A stretch of DNA of 64,000 nt from an uncultured Thermoleophilia bacterium (GTDB lineage Bacteria > Actinomycetota > Thermoleophilia > Gaiellales > Gaiellaceae), in contig CAVOLH010000003.1 of assembly GCA_963696755.1 (NCBI GenBank), forward strand, positions 275,319-339,318, given 5' to 3'. The position numbers and the translations under genes were made by a program. This document shows, in pieces, positions 12,225 through 23,464 of the stretch. Position 1 is the stretch's first letter; every line of letters starts with the position of its first letter. Under the pieces are notes generated by a model, which saw nothing but the letters and a program-made list of their open reading frames with translations, was not told where the DNA came from and ran no database searches.

Positions 12225-13271
12225 CTACTTGTGGTGGGGCGTCTCGAGCTCGTCCGCGGGTCGCGTAGACGCCGTCGAGGAGCGTGGCCGGGTCGGGCAG
12301 GGGCGACTCCTCCGCCCGCTGCGAGCGAGTCGTTGAGCAGCTTCTTGACGCCGGCCGAGATCTCGTCCTCCTCGGCGAGCGTCATCGAGGCGTTGTCGCG
12401 CAGCCAGGTGCGGAACCGCTCGATCGGGTCGCGCCGCGCCCACTCCTCGAACATCTCGCGCGGCACGTAGGACGCGTCGTCGTGGACGGCGTGCCCTTCC
12501 ATGCGCAGCGTCACGGACTCGATCAGGGTCGGGCCGCCACCTTCGCGGGCCTTCTCGATCGCGCGCTTCGCCTCGCGGTAGACGGCGAGCACGTCGGTGC
12601 CGTCGACGACGACACCCTCGAACCCGTAGCCCGCGGCGCGGTCGGCGAGGTGCTCGACCGCGTGGCCGAGGTGGGCCGGGGTCGAGTACGCCCACTGGTT
12701 GTTGTCGATCACGAACACGACCGGCAGCCGGCGCACGCCGGCGAGGTTCATGCCCTCGTGCGCGTCGCCGCGGGCGGCGGCGCCCTCGCCGCACCAGGCG
12801 ATCGCGACGCGGCGCTCCTCCCGGATCCTGAACGCGAGCCCCATCCCGACGGCGACGGGGAGCATCGCCGGCAGGTGGCTGACCATCGCGTGCAGCCCGA
12901 GCCGGGCATCGCCGATGTGGACGTTGCCGTCGCGGCCGTGCGTCGGGCCGTCCGCGCGCCCCATGTACTGCGCGAAGATCCGCCACGGCTCGACGCCGCG
13001 GGTGATGTGCACGCCCATGTCGCGCTGCAGCGGGCAGCCGACGTCGTCCGGGCCCATCGCGCTCGCCGACTCCGACGGCCGAGGCCTCGTTGCCGCGACC
13101 CGTGTAGAACGAGCCGGGGATCTTGCCCTGCTTGTAGAGGATGTGCCCACGCTCCTCGATCCCGCGCGTGGTCAGCATGCTGCGATACATGCCGAACAGG
13201 TCCTCGCGATCGAGACCTACCTCGTGCACTTCCTGAAGCGAGCCGATCGGCTCTGCCTCCCGTACTGCCAT
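12225..13271 (-). CDS. 2-oxoacid dehydrogenase E1 alpha, probably branched-chain type (frameshifted)
   Basis: TPP motif GEGAAARGD..NN with GEG as in BCKDH; RMEGHAVHDD. Confidence 0.9.
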   Translation of the reverse strand: MAVREAEPIGSLQEVHEVGLDREDLFGMYRSMLTTRGIEERGHILYKQGKIPGSFYTGRGNEASAVGVGERDGPGRRRLPAAARHGRAHHPRRRAVADLRAVHGARGRPDARPRRQRPHRRCPARAARDGQPPAGDAPRRRRDGARVQDPGGAPRRDRLVRRGRRRPRRRARGHEPRRRAPAAGRVRDRQQPVGVLDPGPPRPRGRAPRRPRRGLRVRGCRRRRHRRARRLPRGEARDREGPRRWRPDPDRVRDAAHGRARRPRRRVLRAARDVRGVGAARPDRAVPHLAARQRLDDARRGGRDLGRRQEAAQRLARSGRRSRPCPTRPRSSTASTRPADELETPHHK

Positions 13272-13351
13272 TGGCATCCCCTCGGGCCGTGGTCGGGCAA
13301 CACTCTACCCTCAGGGGGCGTCGGCGAATCCAATGCTCCGGTCGCGCGGTG

Positions 13352-14257
13352 TTACGCTGGGGCTCGGGCGGGAAAGCCCCGGCCCGCGCGACCATCCCCG
13401 GCGGCGCGATACCGAGCTCGCCGGCGATCCAGCGAGCGCTGTCGATCGAGCGCTCGAGGTCGTAGCCGGTCTCGTAGCCCATCCGGTGGAGGGCGTAGAC
13501 GAGATCCTCGGTGGCGACGTTGCCCGTGGCGGCGGGCGCGAACGGGCAGCCGCCGATCCCGGCCAGCGAGGCATCGATCGCGGTCACGCCGGAGCGAACC
13601 GCGGCGACCACGTTCGCGACGGCGGTGTTGCGCGTGTTGTGGAAGTGCGCCCGCAGTCGCTGCGCGGCTCCGAGCGTCGCGCACGACGGCGATCCGCTCC
13701 TCGACATCGCTCGGCACCGCGACGCCGATCGTGTCGGCGAGGACGATCTCGTCGGCATCGATCGCGGCGACCTGCGTCGCCACCCGGGTGAGCGTGTCGA
13801 GCGGCACCTCGCCCTCGAACGGGCAGCCGAAGGCGGCCGAGATCGTCACGGTGACGCGGATCCCGTCGGCGGCGGCGCGGGCGCGGATCCTCGACGACGA
13901 CCTCGACCGCCTCGGCGACCGACATTCCCTGATTGCGCTGGCTGAAGGTCTCGGTCGTGATCACGACGGTGTTCACCTCGCGGATCCCGGCGGCGAGGGC
14001 CCGGTCGTAGCCGCGCTCGTTCAGGACGAGGGCCGCGTAGACGACGTCGTCGTGGGGCGTCAGCCCGGCGACGACGCCTCGGCGTCGGCCATCTGCGGCA
14101 CGCGCTCCGGGTGGACGAACGAGGTCACCTCGATCCGCCGCGCACCCGCCCGGTAGGCGCGCTCGATCAGCTCGAGCTTCGCCGCGGTGGCGAGCAGCTG
14201 CTTCTCGTTCTGCAGCCCGTCGCGCGGCGCGACCTCGATGATCTCGACCGCCGTCAA
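13352..14257 (-). CDS. Hydroxymethylglutaryl-CoA lyase (frameshifted)
   Basis: EVAPRDGLQNE, AFGCPFEG, LADTIG, HFHNTR, GGCPFAPAATGNVATED. Confidence 0.93.
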
Positions 14258-14334
14258 CGGCTGTGCTCCACCGCACGACTTCCCATGGTGCATCGTAGGC
14301 GAGATCGGTAGTGCGGGCCGACTACCCTTCGCTC

Positions 14335-14625
14335 GTGGCAACGAGCGAGAAGCCGAAGCGGAACTGGATCCAGGAGGAGCGGCGCAAGACGCTCGGCGAC
14401 TGGGTCGCCTTCTGCATCGGCTGCGGCTTCACGCTGCGCTACTTCGTCGAGCTCGAGGACGAGATCCCGGCGACCTGCCCGACCTGCGCCGGCGAGGTGC
14501 GCCATCTCTGCCCGGCGTGCGGAGCACGGTTCCCGTCGGCGTTCCTCGTCGAGTGCGAGGAGTGCGGGGCGGAGGTGCGGCCGAATCAGCTCTTCGGCGG
14601 GCCGATTCGCAAGGCCGGGAAGTAG
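14335..14625 (+). CDS. Small double zinc-ribbon protein
   Basis: Four CxxC pairs (CIGC, CPTC, CPAC, CEEC); TACCCT 6 nt before GTG. Confidence 0.8.
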   Translation: MATSEKPKRNWIQEERRKTLGDWVAFCIGCGFTLRYFVELEDEIPATCPTCAGEVRHLCPACGARFPSAFLVECEECGAEVRPNQLFGGPIRKAGK

Positions 14626-14667
14626 ACGGCCTCGGCGACGGCAGAGGCTGATCTCCAGGGATCCTTC

Positions 14668-14703
14668 GGCGATCAGAGCCCGCGCTAGCGGGCTCGGATC
14701 GCC
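14668..14703. terminator. Hairpin between convergent genes
   Basis: GGCGATC-A-GAGCCCGC-GCTA-GCGGGCTC-G-GATCGCC. Confidence 0.65.
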
Positions 14704-14705
14704 AT

Positions 14706-15069
14706 CTAGAACATCGTCCCGATGATCTGCGAGAAGCGGATCACGGTGACGGTGTCGGCTCTCGGACACGTCGCGGTTGTAGAGCTGGCCGAGCCAGCGC
14801 GCGAGCTCGTCGGCGCGGCGGATCTCGGGGTTGTCGTGCTCGATCTCGCGCGGCGAGAGGTCGCCGAGCGGCTTCACCTCGACCTTGTCGATCACGGCGT
14901 CGAAGATCTTCTCGCGGGCGCCGTAGCGCGTGCCGACGAGCACGGTCACGATCATGCCCTTCTTGTACTTCGGCGACTTGTCGCCGAGGCGGATCGTCGC
15001 GGTCTTGCGGCCCGTTCGCAGCTGGTCGGCGACGACCGGCGAGTAGAAGTTGAGCGCGAACGTGGGCAT
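14706..15069 (-). CDS. ASCH (PUA-like) domain protein (frameshift near 3' end)
   Basis: LNFYS..GRKTATIRLG matches the ASCH GxKxxTxR signature; ends VTVIRFSQIIGTMF*. Confidence 0.85.
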
Positions 15070-15104
15070 CGCGGCGCAACTATAGAGGTCGAGCCGACGG
15101 CGCT

Positions 15105-15133
15105 TTGCGCGACGGCGCCGACTGTGCTAGCGT
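15105..15133 (+). promoter_or_regulatory. Sigma-A-type promoter of groESL
   Basis: TTGCGC-17 nt-TAGCGT directly upstream of CIRCE. Confidence 0.65.
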
Positions 15134-15140
15134 GAGGGCG

Positions 15141-15167
15141 TTGGCACTCTCCTACGATGAGTGCCAA
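15141..15167 (+). promoter_or_regulatory. CIRCE element (HrcA operator)
   Basis: TTGGCACTC-N9-GAGTGCCAA upstream of groES. Confidence 0.95.
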
Positions 15168-15226
15168 CCAGTTCGACACAATGCACGTCAATCTGCACAG
15201 ACCACGCATCACAGGGAGGCACGCGC

Positions 15227-17180
<1,954 letters not shown>

Positions 17181-17222
17181 GAAGCCGGTGCCTGGCTTTT
17201 GCCGGGCGCCAGGGTTGTACTT

Positions 17223-17250
17223 CGAGGGGCCGGCGCAAGCCGGCCCCTCG
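17223..17250 (+). terminator. groESL terminator
   Basis: CGAGGGGCCGGC-GCAA-GCCGGCCCCTCG followed by GCGTTTCT. Confidence 0.8.
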
Positions 17251-17461
17251 GCGTTTCTGCCTCGATCGCTCGCACGGCGACGTGCCTCGACCCTCGCGGT
17301 GTTCCTAGCGTACTTGTTGTGCGTCCGTCGTCGTCCCTGCACGCGCTCTCGCTGTTGCGTCACGTGCAGTAGCGTGTCGAGGCGATGTGTGTGGTGACTC
17401 GGACGGGGAGATGCATTGACCGTCTCCCCCGAAGGGCCGTGAACCCCTGATCGACACACCC

Positions 17462-18190
17462 GTGTTCATCTGGGTGAGGACGTCCATCGACTGGGGCGAC
17501 GATGCAGCACTCCCGTCCCTCGTCAAACCGGAGTTCCTGCCGAAGCTCGAGCTCTGGAACGAGACCTTCTCGATCCCCTACGGCCGGTTTCGCCACGAGG
17601 TGTGCGAGATCGCCCGGCTCAACCTCTCTCGTGTCGAGCGAGCTCTGGTGCGCCCGTGGGACGAGATCCCGGAAGGCGCGGTGGTCATTCCCGTCGATGA
17701 TGACGACTGGTTCGCGCCGGACATCGTTCGGCTGCTGGAGTCGCAGTTCGAGCCGGATCGAATCGGTCTTCGTTGGACTCCGTCGTACCTCGAGGTCCCG
17801 GTCGGTGTTCGACACCGGCTCGAGCGCCTGCGCGAGAGACACCTCGGGGCGCCGCCCCGCCATCTCTGTGCGACCAACGGGTACGCGTTCGTCAAGCGAG
17901 CAGGCATGGAGAACATCGGGCTGAGTCATCTGGCGGCGAGCGATCTCTTCGAGCGCGAGAGCGCGCGAGTGGGCGTGCTCTCGGACGGGCACAGCGTGGT
18001 CAACCGCACTCTTGCCTCACAGACGACGCTGTTCCACCGGCGGCCATCGATCTCACGCCGCGTCGTGCTGCGGAAGTACCGGCGCTACCGGCGCCTCTAC
18101 CGGGAACGGGCGGTCGCCGGGATGCCGTGGACTGCGGAGTACGTCGAGCGGATGGCGCAGCTGATGGATCAGCTCGAGCCTCGTCCTTGA
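17462..18190 (+). CDS. Hypothetical protein with a glycosyltransferase-like acidic motif (start uncertain)
   Basis: Intact 242-aa ORF; [14 protein letters not shown] resembles a GT-A DxD loop. Confidence 0.6.
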   Translation: MFIWVRTSIDWGDDAALPSLVKPEFLPKLELWNETFSIPYGRFRHEVCEIARLNLSRVERALVRPWDEIPEGAVVIPVDDDDWFAPDIVRLLESQFEPDRIGLRWTPSYLEVPVGVRHRLERLRERHLGAPPRHLCATNGYAFVKRAGMENIGLSHLAASDLFERESARVGVLSDGHSVVNRTLASQTTLFHRRPSISRRVVLRKYRRYRRLYRERAVAGMPWTAEYVERMAQLMDQLEPRP

Positions 18191-18214
18191 TTCCGCATTT
18201 CCTGATTCCGGCCA

Positions 18215-18287
18215 TGCGCCCGGCACGATTCGAACGTGCGACCTCTGCCTCCGCAGGGCAGCGCTCTATCCCCTGAGCTACGGGCGC
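18215..18287 (-). tRNA. tRNA-Arg, anticodon GCG as written; CCA not encoded
   Basis: GCGCCCG acceptor stem, AGCTCAGGGGATAGAGC D-arm, CTGCC-CTGCGGA-GGCAG anticodon arm, GTTCGAATC T-arm. Confidence 0.93.
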
Positions 18288-19101
18288 GGGGAGGGTGAGT
18301 GTAGCTGCGTCGCCGACCGGGAGCCGTGAGAGAGGACAGCGTCGTCCGGGACCTCGCGGCGCACGTAGGCGAGTGCGAGCACGCCGTCGCCGTCGGCGAC
18401 GGCGCTCGTGATCCGGCCGACGGCCTTGCCGTCGAGGCTGAGCTCGGCGTCGTAGGCCGGCAGCTCGTCGCCGTCGAGCTCGAGCACGCGCAGGCCGCGA
18501 TTGGGATGGCCGCGGTAGTGGAGGCGGGCAACGGGCTCCTGGCCCGGGTAGCAGCCCTTCGTGAAGCTGATCGCGTGCTCCTCGAGCCCGGCCTCGGCCG
18601 GCATGCACGCGGTCGTCGAGCTCGCGGCCCCAGGCCGGCGTGCGGGCGAGGATCCGCAGCCGCTCGAGCTCGTCCTCGGCCGAGCGGCTGCGGCAGGCGC
18701 GTCGGCGGCGTCGATCAGCTCGTAGGCGGGGACGCCGTAGTCCGGCGTCGGGATCGAGCCCGTCCGGCGGCGGATCGCCGAGGACGATCGTCGACACGTG
18801 CTCCTCGGCCTCGATCGCGCACTTCGCAGCGAAGCGGAACCGGATCGAGCTCGGCCGCGACGCGCTCGCCGAGCGACGGCTCGGTGAGGAGGAGGAAGTC
18901 GTCGGCGCCGCGCCGCAGAACGGTCAGCGGCGCGATCAGCCGGGCCTTGGCGGTGAGCAGCAGCGCCTGGCACGCCTCGCCGGGAGCGAGGGCCTCGACG
19001 TCGTTCGAGACCATCCGCTGGAGGTACGACGCGGCGTCCTTGCCCGTCACGCCGACGTAGGCGCGTGGACGTTGCGCGGCCTGTAACGCTTGAGTGCTCA
19101 C
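18278..19101 (-). CDS. YgfZ/GcvT-family folate-binding protein (frameshifted)
   Basis: ISFTKGCYPGQEPVAR signature; YLQRMVSNDV. Confidence 0.9.
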
Positions 19102-19119
19102 ACGGTCTAGTGTAGGAAC

Positions 19120-19734
19120 ATGTTCAGGGGCAAGGCCGAGAAGAAGGTGCGTCGCGGCGGGATACGACCCCGCGCGGCTGCCGCCGGGCCAGTACCTGAC
19201 CGAGAAGTGGCCGGTGCTCCACGCCGGCGTCGGCAGCGACGTACCCGGCCGATCTCGCCGGCTGGGACTTCACGGTCTCCGGCGAGGTCGACACGCCGCT
19301 GACGCTGACCTGGGAGCAGCTGAGCGAGCTGCCGCGCGTCGAGGTGACGCAGGACATCCACTGCGTCACGCGCTGGAGCCGGTTCGACGCGTCGTTCGAG
19401 GGCATCCCCTGGTCGGCGATCCGCGAGCTCGCCGGCCCGCGCCCGACGGCGCGCTTCGCGATCGCGCACGCCGAGGCGGGCTTCACGTCCAACGTCCCGA
19501 TCGAGTTCCTCGAGCGCGAGGGCGCGATGCTCGCAACCCACGCCGACGGCGAGCCGCTGAGCAGCGAGCACGGCTGGCCGCTGCGGCTGATCGTGCCCGG
19601 GAAGTACTTCTGGAAGAGCGCGAAGTGGCTGCGCGGGATCGAGCTGACGGCGCGACGACCGTCCCGGCTTCTGGGAGCGCTACGGGTACCACAACGACGC
19701 CGACCCGTTCAAAGAGGAGCGCTACGGCTTCTAG
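19120..19734 (+). CDS. Sulfite-oxidase-like molybdopterin oxidoreductase (YuiH type; frameshifted)
   Basis: RLPPGQY, DIHCVTRWS, EHGWPLRL, YFWKSAKW, GFWERYGYHN. Confidence 0.9.
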
Positions 19735-19822
19735 CGCCGTCCGCGCGAATCCCTCGAAAGGGGGACGGGGAACGACGCTGACCGGTCGATGATGGAGTAT
19801 CCCATCCTCCCCCTGATTCACC

Positions 19823-19855
19823 GAAACGGCCCTTCCCCGAGGGCCGTTTCTCTTT
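19823..19855 (+). terminator. Intrinsic terminator
   Basis: GAAACGGCCCT-loop-AGGGCCGTTTC followed by TCTTT. Confidence 0.8.
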
Positions 19856-19863
19856 GTGTCAGG

Positions 19864-20112
19864 TCAGGCGGGAGTGGAGGCGGATGCTTTGGCGGCCGCG
19901 ACCTTGTCGCCGCCGATCGCGTGGATGACCTCCGGGCGGTCGAGCAGGCGGTCTCGCTGCTCCTGCGAGGGGAGGCGGTTGACCACGTACTTGTCCTCGA
20001 GGATGTCGTGCAGCGTCCGGCCGCGGTCGTGCTCGCGGATCACGTACTCCGCCACGCGATCCTCGCTCGTCGAGCGCTGGAAGAGAAACGAGAACATGTC
20101 CTTGAAGGCCAT
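19864..20112 (-). CDS. Small hypothetical protein
   Basis: MAFKDMFSFLFQR..YVIREHDRGR..; GC3-biased codons; TAGGAT 7 nt before ATG. Confidence 0.75.
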   Translation of the reverse strand: MAFKDMFSFLFQRSTSEDRVAEYVIREHDRGRTLHDILEDKYVVNRLPSQEQRDRLLDRPEVIHAIGGDKVAAAKASASTPA

Positions 20113-20221
20113 GAGCCGCATCCTATCGCCGCCGCGCGGGTGGTCACGCGGGTAACCGGCCGCGGCGCGGGTGCCGGTTCTCTCGGGGTCGCTGCGAGCA
20201 GGGTGCTACCGTCGTCCCCCC

Positions 20222-21041
20222 ATGCAGATTCGCGTCGGCCACAGCCCCGATCCCGATGACGCCTTCATGTTCTGGGCGCTGACGACGGATCTCGTCGATC
20301 CTCGCGGATTTGCGTTCGAGCAGGTTCTGGCGGACATCCAGACGCTCAACCAGTGGGCGCGCGCCGGCGCGCCTCGAGGTCACCGCGATCTCGCTCGCCG
20401 CCTACCCGTTCGTGCAGGAGGACTACGCCCTGCTCCCCCACGGCGCGAGCATCGGTACCGGTTACGGCCCGATCGTCGTCGGCCGCGAGCCGGCCGGCGT
20501 CGACGACCTGCGCGGCAAGGAGATCGTCGTGCCGGGCGCGATGACGACCGCCTTCCTGACGCTCCGGCTCGTGCTCGGCGACTTCTCCTACCGGGAGCTG
20601 CCGTTCGAGCAGATCCCGGACGAGGTCGCGTCGGGCCGGGCCGACTACGGCCTGCTGATCCACGAGGGCCAGCTGACGTTCGCCGATGTCGGCCTGCACA
20701 AGGTGCTCGACCTCGGCGAGTGGTGGCTCCTCGAGACGGGGCTGCCGCTGCCGCTCGGGGTCAACGTGGCGCGCCGCGACGTCGAGCGCCTCGACGACCT
20801 CTCGAGCGTGCTCGCCGAGGCGATCCACTGCGGGCTCGAGAACCGCGACGAGGCGCTCGAGTACGCGCTCCAGTTCGGGCGCGGCATCGACGAGGCGGTC
20901 GCCGACCGCTTCATCGAGATGTACGTGAACGAGCTGACGCAGGACTACGGCGAGGAAGGCCGCGCCGCGGTCGCCGAGCTGCTTCGCCGCGGTGAGGCCA
21001 TTGGCGCCTTCCCGCAGCCCGTGTCGCTCGACTTCGTGTAG
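20222..21041 (+). CDS. mqnD: 1,4-dihydroxy-6-naphthoate synthase MqnD family (frameshift ~20360)
   Basis: GHSPDPDDAFMF, GYGP, LLIHEGQLT, TGLPLPLG, FIEMYVN. Confidence 0.88.
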
Positions 21042-21064
21042 CAGCGGACCGACGGCGAAGCCGC

Positions 21065-21100
21065 TCCGCGCCGGGGGAGGCTTCAGCCTCTCCGCCGGGT
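21065..21100 (-). repeat. REP-like hairpin repeat, copy 1
   Basis: Minus strand AACCCGGCGGAGAGGCTGAAGCCTC matches 37874-37898 at 24 of 25 nt. Confidence 0.7.
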
Positions 21101-21111
21101 TTCCGCCGGGC

Positions 21112-21525
21112 TCACTCCTCCGTGAACACGATCTCCTGCGCCCCCTCCCAGAGGAAGCTCTTGCCGAGCGCGCGGAGGTTCTCGTTGCCCTCGACGATCG
21201 TCGCGAAGTGGTTCCCCGCGAGCGCGCCCGCCTTGGAGGCGAAGCTGACGTAGCCGTAGGCGAGCAGGATCTCGGTCTCGGAGACGCCGCCCGGGTAGAG
21301 GACGATCTCGCCGGGGTTGGGATAGCACGTCGCGTTCTCCGGGCCGAGCCCGAGGTCGAGGTCGCCGAACGGGATCCACCCGGCCTCGCCGCTCCAGCGG
21401 ACGTGGATGATGCGCGACTCGAGCGGCAGCAGCCGCCTGAACGCCGCCACCGTCTCCGGGGCGTCCTCCTCCTCGAGTCGGGCGACGAACGAGAACGGGC
21501 CTGCGGTGATCCTCAGCATCGACAC
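21112..21525 (-). CDS. DUF3830-like (cyclophilin-like fold) protein
   Basis: IIHVRWSGEA, ENATCYP.PGEIVLYPGG.SETEIL.AYG, GNHF. Confidence 0.8.
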   Translation of the reverse strand: MSMLRITAGPFSFVARLEEEDAPETVAAFRRLLPLESRIIHVRWSGEAGWIPFGDLDLGLGPENATCYPNPGEIVLYPGGVSETEILLAYGYVSFASKAGALAGNHFATIVEGNENLRALGKSFLWEGAQEIVFTEE

Positions 21526-21527
21526 TC

Positions 21528-22749
21528 CTACTTTTCGGTGGACGCGCCCTGGGTGACCCAGGCGACGACGAGGGCGCGCTCTTCGCTCGTCATGCCCGTG
21601 AGATTGCCGAGCGGCATCGCCTTGGTCGAGACGACGCTCTTGATCTCGTTCGCGTGCGCTTCGATCTGCTCGGGCGTCTCGAGGATGATCCCGGCGGGCG
21701 GGCTCGAGAAGCCGGGCTGGGTCGGGGCCTGCGCGTGGCACGGTGCGCACCGCTGCTCGATCACGGGCGCCACCTGCGAGAAGGCGACCGTCGGCGCGCC
21801 GCTGCCACTGTCGGCGTCGTCCGGCTTGAGCGCCCAGACGAGCAGGAGCACGCCGACGACGCCGAGCACCGGCAGGGCCCAGATCGTGCGACCCTGGTGG
21901 CGCAGGTTGTAGAACACGCGGGTCAGAACGCCGAGCAGCATGATCGCGATCAGCACGAGCCAGGCTGCGCCCGCGCCGTAGACGAATGCGAAGTGCCCGG
22001 CGAGCATCGTGAACAGCACCGGCAGCGTGAAGTAGTTGTTGTGGACCGACGCGCTTCCGGGCGATGATCCCCGGGCGTCGGATCGGGCTCGCGGCCCGCC
22101 TTCTTGGCGTTGATCAGCTCCCAGTGGGCGGGGATGATGTTGAAGAAGACGTTCGCCGCCATGATCGTGCCGAGCATGGCGCCGACCTGCAGGAACGCGG
22201 CCCGCGGCTGGAACAGCTCCCCGCAGCCCCAGGCGGCGAGCGTCGTCAGCAGGATGAGCAGGATCCAGAGCGCGATCTCGCCGTTCCGGCCCCGCGGCAG
22301 CAGGAGCCGGCAGAGGACGTCGTAGACGAGCCAGGCGACGACGAGGAGCGCGATGCTGATCCAGACCGCCTCCCACGAGCTCAGGTCGGCGACCGAGCGG
22401 GTCGATCAGGTACGCGTTCGCGTTGAAGTAGTAGAGGACGACCATCAGCGCGAAGCCCGAGAGCCAGGTCGTGTACGCCTCCCACTTGAACCACGCCAGG
22501 TGGTCGGGCAGCACCGGCGGCGCGACCTTGTACTTCTTCACGTGGTAGAAGCCGCCGCCGTGGACCTCCCACAGCTCGCCGCGGACGCCGTCGCGGATGT
22601 CCTCCTCGCGTCTTCGGCTCCTCGAGCGACTGGTCGAGGAGGACGAAGTACATCGAGGCGCCGATCCACGCGATCGCGGCGATCACGTGCAACCAGCGAA
22701 TCAGCAGGTTGAGCCAGTCGGTCCAGTACGGATCGAGGAAGGTGGCCAC
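21528..22749 (-). CDS. puuD: Membrane cytochrome c urate oxidase PuuD (frameshifted)
   Basis: RWLHVIAAIAWIG, WEVHGGGFY, WFKWEAYTTWLSG, SVHNNYFTLP, C-terminal CAPCH..MP. Confidence 0.88.
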
Positions 22750-22751
22750 GG

Positions 22752-23192
22752 TCAGCCGCGCCGCCAGCGGTCGGTCGCGATCGCCACGAGCTCTGTGAGC
22801 GCGGTCTCGAGCTCGGCGTCGGTCGGGTTGTCGATCCGCACCTTCAGCACCTCGAGGATCTCCGCCTTCGGGCGCCGGTTGACGAAGACGACGAACCGGA
22901 ACCCGTGGCGCGCCTCGTAGGCGGCGTTGAGGCGTGCGAGCTCGGCCAGCACCTCGGGGTCGACGTCGGTGCCCTGCTCCGCTGCGGAGCGCGCCGAGAG
23001 GCCCTTCGTCTGACCGATCGCCGGGTGGGCGTCGAGCACCTCGTGCTTCTCGTCCTCGGAGAGCACGGCGATCACCTCGGGCGCGTGCTCGAGCGGGTCA
23101 TCGCGCTCGGCGAGCAGCTCCACGAAGCGGGTCCTGCCCTCGAAGAGCTCGGCGAGCTCCTCGGCGCTCAGCTGCCGCGGTAGCTCGCGCAC
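22752..23192 (-). CDS. uraD: OHCU decarboxylase
   Basis: AHPAIG, SAAEQ, LNAAYEARHGFRFVVFV. Confidence 0.85.
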   Translation of the reverse strand: MRELPRQLSAEELAELFEGRTRFVELLAERDDPLEHAPEVIAVLSEDEKHEVLDAHPAIGQTKGLSARSAAEQGTDVDPEVLAELARLNAAYEARHGFRFVVFVNRRPKAEILEVLKVRIDNPTDAELETALTELVAIATDRWRRG

Positions 23193-23464
23193 GAGAACGG
23201 GGAGACGAGGAGGGGCACGTGGTAGTGGCGGTCGGTCGCGAGCTCGAGCTCGTACTCGACCCTGCGGAAGAACTCGGACGGCGGGTGGAAGACGAGCCGG
23301 TAGCGCCCGAGCGGCGAGCGCATCGGCGAGCCGGGCGCGGCCGTCGGCATCGGTCTGCGCGCGGACGATCGAGCTCGATCGTCATGGAGCAGCTCGACGA
23401 TGACGCCGGCGGCAGGCGCGCCGGTGGCCGTGTCGAGCACGTGGGTCGAGAGTGAGGCGCTCAT
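23168..23464 (-). CDS. uraH: 5-hydroxyisourate hydrolase (frameshifted)
   Basis: LSTHVLDTATGAPA, HYHVPLL, C-terminal YRGS. Confidence 0.92.
   Translation of the reverse strand: MSASLSTHVLDTATGAPAAGVIVELLHDDRARSSARRPMPTAAPGSPMRSPLGRYRLVFHPPSEFFRRVEYELELATDRHYHVPLLVSPFSCASYRGS

Noticed and set aside
17199-17211. TGCCGGGCGCCA resembling the tRNA 3' end, as a possible att site
   Set aside because: It is short, GC-rich and inverted relative to the tRNA, and forms part of a local hairpin.
18188-18210. Short direct repeat TGATTCCG twice beside the tRNA
   Set aside because: Two 8-nt copies are too little for a CRISPR or att call.
19744-19822. Firm call as a c-di-AMP or fluoride riboswitch
   Set aside because: Only partial motifs match and there is no downstream same-strand gene; kept as an unassigned candidate RNA.
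20222-22749. Functional link between mqnD and purine catabolism (the futalosine pathway releases a purine base)
   Set aside because: The genes are convergent and separately transcribed; adjacency alone is not enough evidence.
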